The notes: generated by a model not told the origin, from the letters alone. Positions 37,540-45,797 are shown, numbered from the stretch's first letter. The stretch: DNA of 64,000 nucleotides from Prevotellaceae bacterium UBA1720 (GCA_002317475.1 DCIS01000122.1:7881-71880); one strand, 5' to 3'. Made by a program: numbers and translations.

Positions 37540-37691
37540 TTAACATGAATGGCCGCTCAGCGTGTCGAAGACCGATGCTTCGCTCGAAAGGGCAGAAGAA
37601 CAACGAAAACAACATTCTTTGGCTCACATGCTACGCAGTCAAGTGGTAACCGAGCGGTTGATATTGTTGCTATTGTTGCCATTCATGTTAA
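37540..37691. other. long-range inverted repeat / candidate structured RNA
   Basis: TTAACATGAATGGC (37540-37553) pairs perfectly with GCCATTCATGTTAA (37678-37691). The pairing is extended by CGCTC (37554-58) with GAGCG (37652-56), plus an internal CGAAG/CTTCG hairpin. Confidence 0.35.
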
Positions 37692-37711
37692 TATCATCAA
37701 GTTCTCACCAT

Positions 37712-38347
37712 CTATTCCTTATAGTTGTTTTGGTGGTCCTGCAGTTCCTTGTCGGTCATCTTTACATAGTGTGAGAGGAGGTAGACGGGGGCAGAGCTGC
37801 CGTTGGCGTTGGCACGAGTGGCAATGTTCTGGGTAAGCCACATGGAGTTCTCCTGGAAGAAAATAACCTGAATGATGCGGGATGCCTCGGGAGATGCTGT
37901 GACAAGCGCATTCGTGGGCACCTGTGGGTAGACGTCGATGACATCATAGTCGGAATGGTATGCCCAGTTCAGGTGATGCTTGACGTTACCGGGCAAGGCA
38001 CCGGAGAAGGTGAACAGGGTGAGGGTGGAGTCTGTGTCAAAGTAGTAGTCGTAGGGACTGGCACCTATCATATCCTGGTAATAGTCCACGGTCTTGGGTG
38101 TGCCATCTGCCTTGATCTCGTAGCCCTCTTTGTACTTCCATCCCTTGCCCACCAGGGCTTTCTTCACCGCCTGGGCATCACGAAACACACCTCGGGGTAT
38201 GTATAGCATTCTGCCATCCTCGGCGAGGGGGAACTTGGATTCTTTCCAGTTTGAATCGTTAAAGGCGTCATCCTCGGGAAACTCCTCACAGCTGGTGGCC
38301 AGCACACTCGTAAGCGCCATTAGCGCCATAAACAGATATTTTTTCAT
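37712..38347 (-). CDS. lipoprotein, unknown function
   Basis: MKKYLFMALMALTSVLATSC lipobox; 211 aa. Confidence 0.7.
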   Translation of the reverse strand: MKKYLFMALMALTSVLATSCEEFPEDDAFNDSNWKESKFPLAEDGRMLYIPRGVFRDAQAVKKALVGKGWKYKEGYEIKADGTPKTVDYYQDMIGASPYDYYFDTDSTLTLFTFSGALPGNVKHHLNWAYHSDYDVIDVYPQVPTNALVTASPEASRIIQVIFFQENSMWLTQNIATRANANGSSAPVYLLSHYVKMTDKELQDHQNNYKE

Positions 38348-38445
38348 CTTGTTTTAGTTTTCGGTAGTTGTGGTTTTAGTATGAGTTTAATAAAACCTTC
38401 ACACGAAAGCCACAAGAACCAGTTTTTGATTCTTTTTATTCCTTT

Positions 38446-38943
38446 TCATTCCTTGCCCTCTTGCTCGAAGTAGAAGGTGTAGAAGGTGTCACCGGCCTGG
38501 AGGCCTACGGTGAGGTAGCGAGCATCAGAGAGGTTAGGCTGGAAGGTGACATCGAGGATGCCTTCCTCCTGGACCTTGGCGGTGCACAAGTCGCACTGGA
38601 GGGTGTACATGTCCATTTTGACAGAATCGGGGGATTCCTCCCAGGTATTGTCTCCCCACAATGTGCCTCCGTGGGTTACCTCTACGATCTTGCTATTCTC
38701 GTCCAAATAGCGTATGTGGGTCAGCCAGAAACCCTGGTAGTTCTTGCATCGGAAGGTAAGCGTTCCACCCTGCTGAGGCACCACGTAGGTGTGCTGCCCA
38801 TTGTGCTTGCTCGTCTGGTAATTGGTGTCGGCCCACTTCATAGGATCCCAGTCCCCGTCTTCTGCGCAGGAGTCACAACCCGTCAGCCACGTCATCGTCA
38901 TGGCCAAAAGGAGGAAAAATAGCATTCGTTTCATGTGATTCAT
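38446..38943 (-). CDS. lipoprotein, unknown function
   Basis: Start trimmed to the ATG at 38943 (MNHMKRMLFFLLLAMTMTWLTGC lipobox), 27 nt downstream of a -7 box. Confidence 0.7.
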   Translation of the reverse strand: MNHMKRMLFFLLLAMTMTWLTGCDSCAEDGDWDPMKWADTNYQTSKHNGQHTYVVPQQGGTLTFRCKNYQGFWLTHIRYLDENSKIVEVTHGGTLWGDNTWEESPDSVKMDMYTLQCDLCTAKVQEEGILDVTFQPNLSDARYLTVGLQAGDTFYTFYFEQEGKE

Positions 38944-38969
38944 CGTGTATTGTTCATGTATTAACCGCA

Positions 38970-38977
38970 CAAAGGTA
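38970..38977 (-). promoter_or_regulatory. -7 box TACCTTTG
   Basis: 27 nt upstream of the ATG at 38943. Confidence 0.45.
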
Positions 38978-39022
38978 GGGATTATTGCAAACACGGGCAA
39001 GAAAAATGTAATAAAATATCTT

Positions 39023-39045
39023 AATTTGTTAGTTAGTTAGGTTAG
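39023..39045. repeat. TTAG-motif copy (F orientation), left arm of an inverted pair
   Basis: AATTTGTTAGTTAGTTAGGTTAG pairs with 39184-39206. Confidence 0.9.
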
Positions 39046-39060
39046 TTTAACAGCTTAGAG

Positions 39061-39160
39061 ACAACGTACATTGCACGTACAGACACCGTATAACCTACGT
39101 ATGGACACCGTAAGTGTACGTAGGCTGTACGTAGGCTGTACGTAGGCTGTACGTATAATC
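39061..39160. repeat. 11-bp phased TACG-core array B
   Basis: Contains GTACGTAGGCT x3 (TACG at 39117, 128, 139, 150). This is the reverse complement of the CCTACGTACAG unit of array A. GACACCGTA is the reverse complement of the TACGGTGTC unit in arrays A and C. Confidence 0.9.
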
Positions 39161-39181
39161 GCTGGCAGAAAATATACCCCG

Positions 39182-39208
39182 ACCTAACCTAACTAACTAA
39201 CAAATTAC
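39182..39208. repeat. TTAG-motif copy (R orientation)
   Basis: ACCTAACCTAACTAACTAACAAATTAC is identical over 27 nt to 43403-43429 and to the copy ending at 11782. Confidence 0.9.
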
Positions 39209-39289
39209 TATTTTTTATGTAGAATATATGGGAAGACTAGAATGTCCAATAAACACCTTATATATAAGAAAGAAAAAATAATAATTTAT

Positions 39290-39312
39290 AATTTGTTAGT
39301 TGTTAGTGTTAG
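39290..39312. repeat. degenerate TTAG-motif copy (F orientation)
   Basis: AATTTGTTAGTTGTTAGTGTTAG lies 10 nt upstream of the -7 box at 39323. Confidence 0.7.
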
Positions 39313-39322
39313 TTTTTATGCG

Positions 39323-39330
39323 TACCTTTG
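39323..39330 (+). promoter_or_regulatory. -7 box TACCTTTG
   Basis: 56 nt upstream of the ATG at 39386. Confidence 0.45.
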
Positions 39331-39385
39331 CGAATGAAGTAATGCTGAGCCTACACTGCGGGGCTTGGGAAAAAGGGAAAAATAC

Positions 39386-40120
39386 ATGAAACTATCTGAA
39401 AATGAGAGAGAAACATTCGTGAACATCTACTGCATGGAGTGGGTGAACATGAATCCACGCAATCTAACACGCCTGAAGATTGTGAACGACATGACACCAC
39501 TTTTTGAGGATTTCAGCACGCTAAACCCCGCTTTCGTCGACTTTTTCTACAATTATGAGGACCGCCGACTGGTTTTTGCAGCCCTTCATTTCATGGCTGA
39601 CAATGAGCTGGAGCGCCTCTTGGGCATTAACCCCATCATGCACGATTACCTTGATAACCTGCAGTGTACCAACGAGTTACTCAACGACACCGTACACTTT
39701 TACTCCTACGACGAAGGGAAGCAAGGGGATGCTGAGGAGCATGCCGACCACATGATGTCAACCCTGCTGAGCGTACAAAACCACCTGGCTTTGGGTGCTG
39801 AGATGGGCCTGGAAGGCAGAAGAATGGGTGTGTATGATGCCATGGTGGGAGTTTTCTCTATCACCATTGACGTACGCATCGTGCGTGCCGCCAAGGAACT
39901 GAACACCTGGCTGCTTGACATCACCTACCCCTACCAGGACAACAAGAGGATGCTGGAAGAGGTGTCGACCCGCATCGAGGAACTGAGCGAGAAGTATGGC
40001 TTCGAGTTCAACGAACGACTGACCCCACCCCTCATCGTGAATGAAGTGATGAACTGGGACGAAGGGACGCTGCGAGGGCTGTACATAGAACTGAAGATGC
40101 ACTTCGAGCACAAGCTGTAA
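39386..40120 (+). CDS. hypothetical protein (244 aa)
   Basis: ATG at 39386 (the ORF-track start at 39365 is a TTG) with a -7 box 56 nt upstream. I recognise no family. Confidence 0.6.
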   Translation: MKLSENERETFVNIYCMEWVNMNPRNLTRLKIVNDMTPLFEDFSTLNPAFVDFFYNYEDRRLVFAALHFMADNELERLLGINPIMHDYLDNLQCTNELLNDTVHFYSYDEGKQGDAEEHADHMMSTLLSVQNHLALGAEMGLEGRRMGVYDAMVGVFSITIDVRIVRAAKELNTWLLDITYPYQDNKRMLEEVSTRIEELSEKYGFEFNERLTPPLIVNEVMNWDEGTLRGLYIELKMHFEHKL

Positions 40121-40182
40121 CCCCCCAACATCGTTCATCGCTTAATAACTCCACCCCCCCTCTCTATATATAAATAAGGTAT

Positions 40183-40671
40183 ATGCGTAGACCCAAGACC
40201 ATAAAGTTGGAAACCGAAGACTGTCCCCAGAAGAGAACGGCCGGGGCACCCCGTGCCGAGCTGTTCTGCAACGAGGAGGCCAGGGAGCAGTTTCATGCCT
40301 TTGTGGGACGTGTGATGAAGGAGGTCTACCAGGAGAAGTACCACGGATATGTGGTTGGCCAGCAGGTAGCCTATCGTGTGGAGGGGGCTGCCATGATGTT
40401 CCTGGTACTGACGGAAAAGGGGTTGATCAACAAGGACCGTACGGTACACTCCTTCTGCAAAGAGCTGACCAAATGCGTCACCTCGCTGGGCTATCCACCC
40501 ACCGTGATACCTAACAGATGCCATGTGGGGCCGAAAATCAACGAATATACCCATGCCCAGGAAAAGCGTATCATCATCACCGGGGAACTGAGCGAGAAGA
40601 CCAGCCCCTCTCATCAGGAATGCTACACTTTCCTACACCGTTTCTACGAATTGCTGTGCGAAAAACTATGA
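40183..40671 (+). CDS. hypothetical protein (162 aa)
   Basis: ATG at 40183 and a basic N-terminus (MRRPKTIKLE). I recognise no family. Confidence 0.55.
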   Translation: MRRPKTIKLETEDCPQKRTAGAPRAELFCNEEAREQFHAFVGRVMKEVYQEKYHGYVVGQQVAYRVEGAAMMFLVLTEKGLINKDRTVHSFCKELTKCVTSLGYPPTVIPNRCHVGPKINEYTHAQEKRIIITGELSEKTSPSHQECYTFLHRFYELLCEKL

Positions 40672-40674
40672 TTC

Positions 40675-40772
40675 AGGTACATTAATACCCTGTTCCAAGG
40701 TACAATAATCCGTTTTCAGGTACAATAATTCCCCCCCGAGGTACACTAATTATTCTCTCAGGTACAACAATT
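40675..40772 (+). promoter_or_regulatory. five iteron-like direct repeats AGGTACAnTAAT
   Basis: AGGTAC starts fall at 40675, 40698, 40718, 40739, 40760 (spacing 23/20/21/21 bp). The set ends about 30 bp upstream of the -7 box of the primase-helicase gene. Confidence 0.7.
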
Positions 40773-40803
40773 CCCATTATTTGGAAGGCCTTATTTTAGG
40801 TCG

Positions 40804-40811
40804 TAACTTTG
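40804..40811 (+). promoter_or_regulatory. -7 box TAACTTTG
   Basis: 61 nt upstream of the ATG at 40872, just downstream of the five AGGTACA repeats. Confidence 0.5.
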
Positions 40812-40871
40812 CATTGCAGTTCGGGCAACAACGCCTTGAACAGCAAAGTAATTTCCTAAAACATTATCACT

Positions 40872-43247
40872 ATGGGAAAAACTATCTTCGCTGCACTCTT
40901 GCAGCACAACGCAGCCGGAAAGGCTGAACCAATGACCCGCGAGAACTTCTACGCTCAGGTGAGAAGTACAAAGGTCGAGAGAGTAATCAACGCCATTGAG
41001 AGCGAGCAGGAAGGGGCTGACCTGAGACCCCTGAAGAACCTCTTGCCCGCTGTTCAGTACATGGCACAGTATCCAACAGACGGTCATCGCCCCAAGAAGG
41101 ATGACTCGAAGCCTACAGGCCTCTGCATGCACGACTTCGACCACCTGGAGATGGACGTAACAGCATTCTTCGAGGGAAAGGTTCGTCCCTTGGCAGACAC
41201 CCTGCACCTGGCACTGGCTCACATCACACCCAGTGGCAAAGGCCTTCGACTGGTCACACAGATGATGGCAGGAGAGAGCATCGAGGAGTGTCAGCACCGT
41301 GTAGCCAACCTTCTGGGCATCAGTGACTTCAAGGACGAGCACGTGAAGGACATCTGCCACCTCTCCTACCTGGTATGCGAGAGCTACATCCTCTACATCA
41401 ACGAACCTCTGCTCTTTGACATCGAGGCTGAGGAGGTCATCGAGGCTGAGAAGGATGAGGACATCGAGGACGCCGTGATCGTGGAGGACAGCGAGGAGGA
41501 TGAGGTGCGTACAAAACACCCCATCGAAGAGGCTGAGGAGGCTGAGGAGTGTCACGACCTGGTGCCCGTAGAGGTGCCCGAGGAGCCCATGTACGAAGGT
41601 GTCTTCCCCCTGCGCACCATCGTGAAGAAGCTGGAGGAGCGCATTGCCACACAAGGCCTTGTGCAGGTGGGTGAGCGCAACGTGAAGCTCTATACCATGA
41701 CCATACACATGCGTGCCCTCGTGCAGGACAACTTCCAGCAGCTCTACAACCTCCTCGCACCCCTCTTCCTGGAGCGTGGCATCAAGGACGATGAGATTCG
41801 CCAGACCATCGGTTCGGCACTGGGACAGCGTCAGAAGCATCCCGGACGTATCACCGCCCTGATTCAGGGCATCCTTTCGGAGATGCAGGTGATGAAGGGC
41901 TCGGGCGAGACGGATATGCAGTTGCCTCCCATGCCAGCCCTGCCTCCCTTCCTGGAGATGCTCACCTCGCTCTTCCCCGAACGTATGAAGGCTCCTGTGG
42001 TACTGGCCTCACTGCCTATGCTGGGCACGCTGGCAACGGGTGTACGCCTCAGAAGCAATGATGAGGAGAAGCCTGCCTCGCTCACCTTCATCGTGCATGT
42101 AGCAGCCCCAGCAGCCAGCGGTAAGGGATACGTCAGCGTGTTGAAGCGTCGTCTGCTAGGATGCCTTGCCGAGCAGGACAATCGTGAACTGGAGGCCATG
42201 GAGAAGGAGCGTAACGCCAACCGTCAGAAGGGTGCCAACGAGCGTAAGAAGATGGGCAAGCACAAGCTGCGCCTCGTGGCTGCCAACGCCACTATGGCTT
42301 CACTCTACCAGCAGATTGCCGATAGTGAGGGTGAGCATATCATACTCTGTACAGACGAGATACGCGACATCCTGAAGACCTCTGCCTCGGCCTACACCAA
42401 CTTCCAGGAAATCCTGCTCCACTCCTTCCACAACGAGGAGGTAAGCAAGAGCACCGTAGGCGACGCTACCTCGACCATGCGCAAGGAGGTCTTCCTGAAC
42501 TCCGTGACCTGCGGCACACCAGGTGTCACCATGCAGTTCTTCAAGAACGCCGAGGATGGACTCGTCACGCGTACCCTCTTCATCACCCTGCCTTCATCAC
42601 TGGGCGAGAAGTGTCCCAAGTTCAACAAGCCTAACGACAAGCAGCAGGCATGGATAGACGAGGTGACCGAGAGTCTGCAGCAAGAGGTAGGATACTGCGA
42701 CCTGCCCGTACTGGAGGCTGCCATCGATGACTTCACGGAGAAGGCTCGTCTGCGCTACCTGATGGACGATGATGACGTCATGGCCACCTTCTCACACCGT
42801 AGTGCCGACATAGGCCTGCGTGCCGGAGTACTCTTCTGGCTGCTCGAAGGCAGACCTCAGGACCTCTGCAAGAAGAAGGCACCCAAGCACCTGAGCAAGG
42901 CTGCACAGCGTGTCGTCGACCTCGCCCTCTGGGTAGCCAAGTATTGCCAGATGATGCAGTACACCCTCTTCGGACAGCAAGCCAGCGAGCAGATCTCGGC
43001 AGCCAGCATCAAGAGCTACAAGACGCAGCAGCAGAGCATCTACGACGAACTGCCCAATGAGTTCACCACCTCGCAGATCAATGATGCACGCTTCAAGATG
43101 GGACTCAAGCCTACCTCCAACCCCAGCGTGACAGCAGGTCGTTGGGCAGCACAGAACTGGATTGCCAAGCAAGCCAATGGACGCACCTGGGTGAAGCTCT
43201 TCCCCACCTCTCAGCACGCCATTCAGGCCACGATGGAGGTAGCGTAG
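40872..43247 (+). CDS. primase-helicase-like protein (VirE/BT4734-like N-terminal domain plus DUF3987-like P-loop domain)
   Basis: The N-terminus has NLLPAVQY..GLCMHDFDHLE..ITPSGKGLRLV, which resembles the Bacteroides VirE_N pattern (LPAFTPSG / IDIDK / SPSGKGLK). The middle has VHVAAPAASGKGYV, which is Walker A-like. Family names are from memory. Confidence 0.65.
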   Translation: MGKTIFAALLQHNAAGKAEPMTRENFYAQVRSTKVERVINAIESEQEGADLRPLKNLLPAVQYMAQYPTDGHRPKKDDSKPTGLCMHDFDHLEMDVTAFFEGKVRPLADTLHLALAHITPSGKGLRLVTQMMAGESIEECQHRVANLLGISDFKDEHVKDICHLSYLVCESYILYINEPLLFDIEAEEVIEAEKDEDIEDAVIVEDSEEDEVRTKHPIEEAEEAEECHDLVPVEVPEEPMYEGVFPLRTIVKKLEERIATQGLVQVGERNVKLYTMTIHMRALVQDNFQQLYNLLAPLFLERGIKDDEIRQTIGSALGQRQKHPGRITALIQGILSEMQVMKGSGETDMQLPPMPALPPFLEMLTSLFPERMKAPVVLASLPMLGTLATGVRLRSNDEEKPASLTFIVHVAAPAASGKGYVSVLKRRLLGCLAEQDNRELEAMEKERNANRQKGANERKKMGKHKLRLVAANATMASLYQQIADSEGEHIILCTDEIRDILKTSASAYTNFQEILLHSFHNEEVSKSTVGDATSTMRKEVFLNSVTCGTPGVTMQFFKNAEDGLVTRTLFITLPSSLGEKCPKFNKPNDKQQAWIDEVTESLQQEVGYCDLPVLEAAIDDFTEKARLRYLMDDDDVMATFSHRSADIGLRAGVLFWLLEGRPQDLCKKKAPKHLSKAAQRVVDLALWVAKYCQMMQYTLFGQQASEQISAASIKSYKTQQQSIYDELPNEFTTSQINDARFKMGLKPTSNPSVTAGRWAAQNWIAKQANGRTWVKLFPTSQHAIQATMEVA

Positions 43248-43288
43248 AAGGAAAGAAAGGGCGAAAAGCACGAAGGGATGAAAGAATG

Positions 43289-43320
43289 AAAGGGTACTCA
43301 CACGGGTACCCTTTTGTTTT
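43289..43320 (+). terminator. rho-independent terminator after the primase-helicase gene
   Basis: AAAGGGTAC-tcacacgg-GTACCCTTT followed by TGTTTT. Confidence 0.65.
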
Positions 43321-43328
43321 AGGAAGAC

Positions 43329-43401
43329 CTAGAAAGCCTAGGAAAGCCTAGGAAAGCCTAGGAAGTCCTAGATAATCCTAGATAATCCTAGATAATCCTA
43401 A
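43329..43401. repeat. 10-bp phased CTAG array F
   Basis: GAAAGCCTAG x3, then GATAATCCTA x3. CTAG cores fall at 43329, 338, 348, 358, 368, 378, 388, 398. The array runs directly into the TTAG motif. Confidence 0.9.
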
Positions 43402-43402
43402 T

Positions 43403-43429
43403 ACCTAACCTAACTAACTAACAAATTAC
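43403..43429. repeat. TTAG-motif copy (R orientation)
   Basis: ACCTAACCTAACTAACTAACAAATTAC lies 7 nt from the gntR-family stop. Confidence 0.9.
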
Positions 43430-43435
43430 GGTTTT

Positions 43436-43795
43436 TTATTTGCTTTCCTCAAACAACTGCTGCTCAAGTTCTTCCTTGGTGATTTCGAGCAACTCCACCT
43501 CATTCCTGAGTTGAGGGAGGAGTTCGTCGAAGAAGGCTTTGCGACGCTGATTCTTGATGCGACGAAGGGCTGTGGCGGCTACGAAATAGCCTACACCTCG
43601 CTTGTTCTGGATAATCTCGGAGAGCGTCATGCGCTCGTAGGCACGCACCACGGTGTTAGGATTGACCTCCAGTTGCACAGCCATCTCGCGAACAGACGGG
43701 ATCATCTCTCCCGCCTTCAGTTCGCCTCGTATGATTTTCTCGCCTATATAGTCCACTATCTGCATGAACACAGGGCGCGGTTCGATAAATTTCAT
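43436..43795 (-). CDS. GntR family (YtrA-like) transcriptional regulator
   Basis: 119 aa: GELKAGEMIPSVREMAVQLEVNPNTVVRAYERM winged HTH. Confidence 0.9.
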   Translation of the reverse strand: MKFIEPRPVFMQIVDYIGEKIIRGELKAGEMIPSVREMAVQLEVNPNTVVRAYERMTLSEIIQNKRGVGYFVAATALRRIKNQRRKAFFDELLPQLRNEVELLEITKEELEQQLFEESK

Positions 43796-43810
43796 AAGCA
43801 GAGCTGTGAA

Positions 43811-44878
43811 TTAGATGTTCTTGATTTTATTGCGCAACCAGGCAGCAGCCATACCATTGAAGACCAGCAGAATAGCAGACTGAACCATCCAACCCTCCAT
43901 CGACATCCAGCACCAGGGACCTTCACCACGGAAGATGGCAATCGCATAGTCAAGGGGACGGGCAAACCATTGGAGATCAAGGTCGAAGAAATGCAGAATA
44001 AACAGCACACAGATGTAAATCAGCACATACATCAAGGCGCGACCTTCCCAAGTGCTAAAGAAGCGCTTACCTGCCTTACGGATGAAAAATGCCGTAGCAA
44101 CCACCATTATCCAGAGGGTAGTCTGGAGGAAGCTTACCATCTTCAAGCCAAAGGCCAGCAGAGGATAGGCGCTCCAGTCGGCAATCCACAAGGGATGATA
44201 GGTGAAGTGTATGTTGCTTGTTCCAAACATCGTGGTCGAGATGTAGGGCATAACACTCTCTATCATGTAGGGATTGGTGGATTCGTTAAAGCGATAGGGA
44301 TTGGTGGGAACGCCCGTCTCATACATACCCCAGAGATTATTACTATATAGAGCACCCTCTGGAGCGTAGGAAAAATTAGTCCCCAGCACGTCTGCGGTCA
44401 GTCCTGGCAAATGATCCACAAACATACCCTGAATGGCCAGCAGACCATAGTGCAGATCGCCCACGGCCAAGCCATAGAACAGACAGGAAATCAGTTTGAT
44501 AGCATAGCATCCTGCCAACAGTACAAGAAGGTCAGCCCAGAGATTCATACACTTCTCGCCCGCAGTAGCAGGGAGCAGACGATAGGAGGATGAAGTTCTT
44601 TTATTAGTGAATTTCATATAGGCCATCATGCACATGAAACCCACTAAAATGATTAGATAGAAACTATTTACAGGGTGGTTGTATGTGCCATAGAGCGACG
44701 AGAGCTTATGGACCTTCAAACCATGACCATTCTCAAATAGCCAATTGATATAACAAACATAACTGTTGCTGGTGAGAAACTGATGCAAGGCATACATCGC
44801 CCAAAGGAACCAGATAGGACCGTGCAGAATATCGTGCTTTGTAAGCGCCATAACGCGCTGAAAACTATTATTTTTCAT
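43811..44878 (-). CDS. polytopic membrane protein (probable permease partner of the ABC ATPase)
   Basis: Start trimmed to the ATG at 44878 (MKNNSFQRVMALTK). It has multiple TM helices and sits between the ABC ATPase and the GntR regulator. Confidence 0.65.
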   Translation of the reverse strand: MKNNSFQRVMALTKHDILHGPIWFLWAMYALHQFLTSNSYVCYINWLFENGHGLKVHKLSSLYGTYNHPVNSFYLIILVGFMCMMAYMKFTNKRTSSSYRLLPATAGEKCMNLWADLLVLLAGCYAIKLISCLFYGLAVGDLHYGLLAIQGMFVDHLPGLTADVLGTNFSYAPEGALYSNNLWGMYETGVPTNPYRFNESTNPYMIESVMPYISTTMFGTSNIHFTYHPLWIADWSAYPLLAFGLKMVSFLQTTLWIMVVATAFFIRKAGKRFFSTWEGRALMYVLIYICVLFILHFFDLDLQWFARPLDYAIAIFRGEGPWCWMSMEGWMVQSAILLVFNGMAAAWLRNKIKNI

Positions 44879-44892
44879 CGTATGTGGTTGTT

Positions 44893-45720
44893 TTAATTGT
44901 TTGCTAATAGACTTTTGAACATTTCGCTTTGCTCCATGCAAGCCACAAAGAGCATCTTGATATCCACGGGCATCTCCTCACCCAGCGCGTTTCGAACGAT
45001 ACCCACTCTGCCATTCACCGTCTCACGGCTGTAGAGAGGCTCATCACCATCCTCCAACTGACCAAAGCAGAGCTTCTCACCAATCTCAGCCATGGTGGCA
45101 GACAGCACTACCTGCTTGCTCTTCAGAATAACGAGTGCATCGAGCAGATCCTCCACATCGTCTACCAAATGGGTGGAGATAATGATGGTGCGATCCTCGT
45201 TGGCATGTGCGGCAACAAGTTGGCGAAAGACCATCTTCGAGGTGATATCCAGACCGTTGGTGGGTTCGTCCATCAACAGATAGCGCGTGTTGCAAGCCAG
45301 AGCCAGTGCAATCATCGCCTTACGGGCATTACCCTGTGAAAGCGAACTGATCTTTGCCTCGGCATCTACTCCCAGTTTCTCTGTAATCTCCTCAAAGTAC
45401 GCCATATCAAACTTGGGATACAACTGTGCAAAGTAGTTTGCAACCTTGCGTGCACTCTCCTTCTTGTAGGCACACTCATCGGTCATCAGATAGAGATCCT
45501 GCAGCAAAATCAGCGACTTCTCGTGCGAGGCCATGCCGTCAATCTCAGACGTTCCTTCTCCCTTGAGCAGACCAGCAATGATGCCCATCAGCGTCGTTTT
45601 GCCCACTCCATTCTCGCCCAGCAAACCATAGATGTGCCCTTCTGGCAACTGCAGACTAACGTCCTCCAATACCTTGCGTGAGGGTCTGTAACTGAATTGT
45701 AAATTAGTGATTGAAATCAT
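44893..45720 (-). CDS. ABC transporter ATP-binding protein
   Basis: GENGVGKTT Walker A, LSQGNARK signature, LLMDEPTNGLD Walker B. Confidence 0.92.
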   Translation of the reverse strand: MISITNLQFSYRPSRKVLEDVSLQLPEGHIYGLLGENGVGKTTLMGIIAGLLKGEGTSEIDGMASHEKSLILLQDLYLMTDECAYKKESARKVANYFAQLYPKFDMAYFEEITEKLGVDAEAKISSLSQGNARKAMIALALACNTRYLLMDEPTNGLDITSKMVFRQLVAAHANEDRTIIISTHLVDDVEDLLDALVILKSKQVVLSATMAEIGEKLCFGQLEDGDEPLYSRETVNGRVGIVRNALGEEMPVDIKMLFVACMEQSEMFKSLLANN

Positions 45721-45797
45721 ATCCTTATGTGTTTAAACTTTCAACGGAAACATCCGCAATTACTACTATTTAACTGTACTATTTCAATAGAACAGTG

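Larger units (their letters stand above)
39182..43429 (+). mobile_element. candidate integrated replicon-like module (3 genes) bounded by identical TTAG-motif copies
   Basis: A 27-bp perfect direct repeat sits at both ends. Inside are two promoters, five iteron-like repeats and a primase-helicase-type gene. Codon usage looks more GC-rich, with very long antisense shadow ORFs. No integrase or transposase is seen. Confidence 0.3.

Noticed and set aside
37549-37836. 95-aa and 70-aa plus-strand ORFs in the 37.5-kb gap
   Set aside because: There is no promoter box, the starts are non-ATG or weak, and they run antisense into the lipoprotein gene. The region is better explained by the long-range inverted repeat.
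40791-41840. 349-aa ORF on the minus strand, plus 41437-41760 and 41864-42220
   Set aside because: These are antisense shadow ORFs of the GC3-rich primase-helicase gene. They have low-complexity Leu/Val/His-rich translations and no promoter, and they fully overlap a much better plus-strand CDS.
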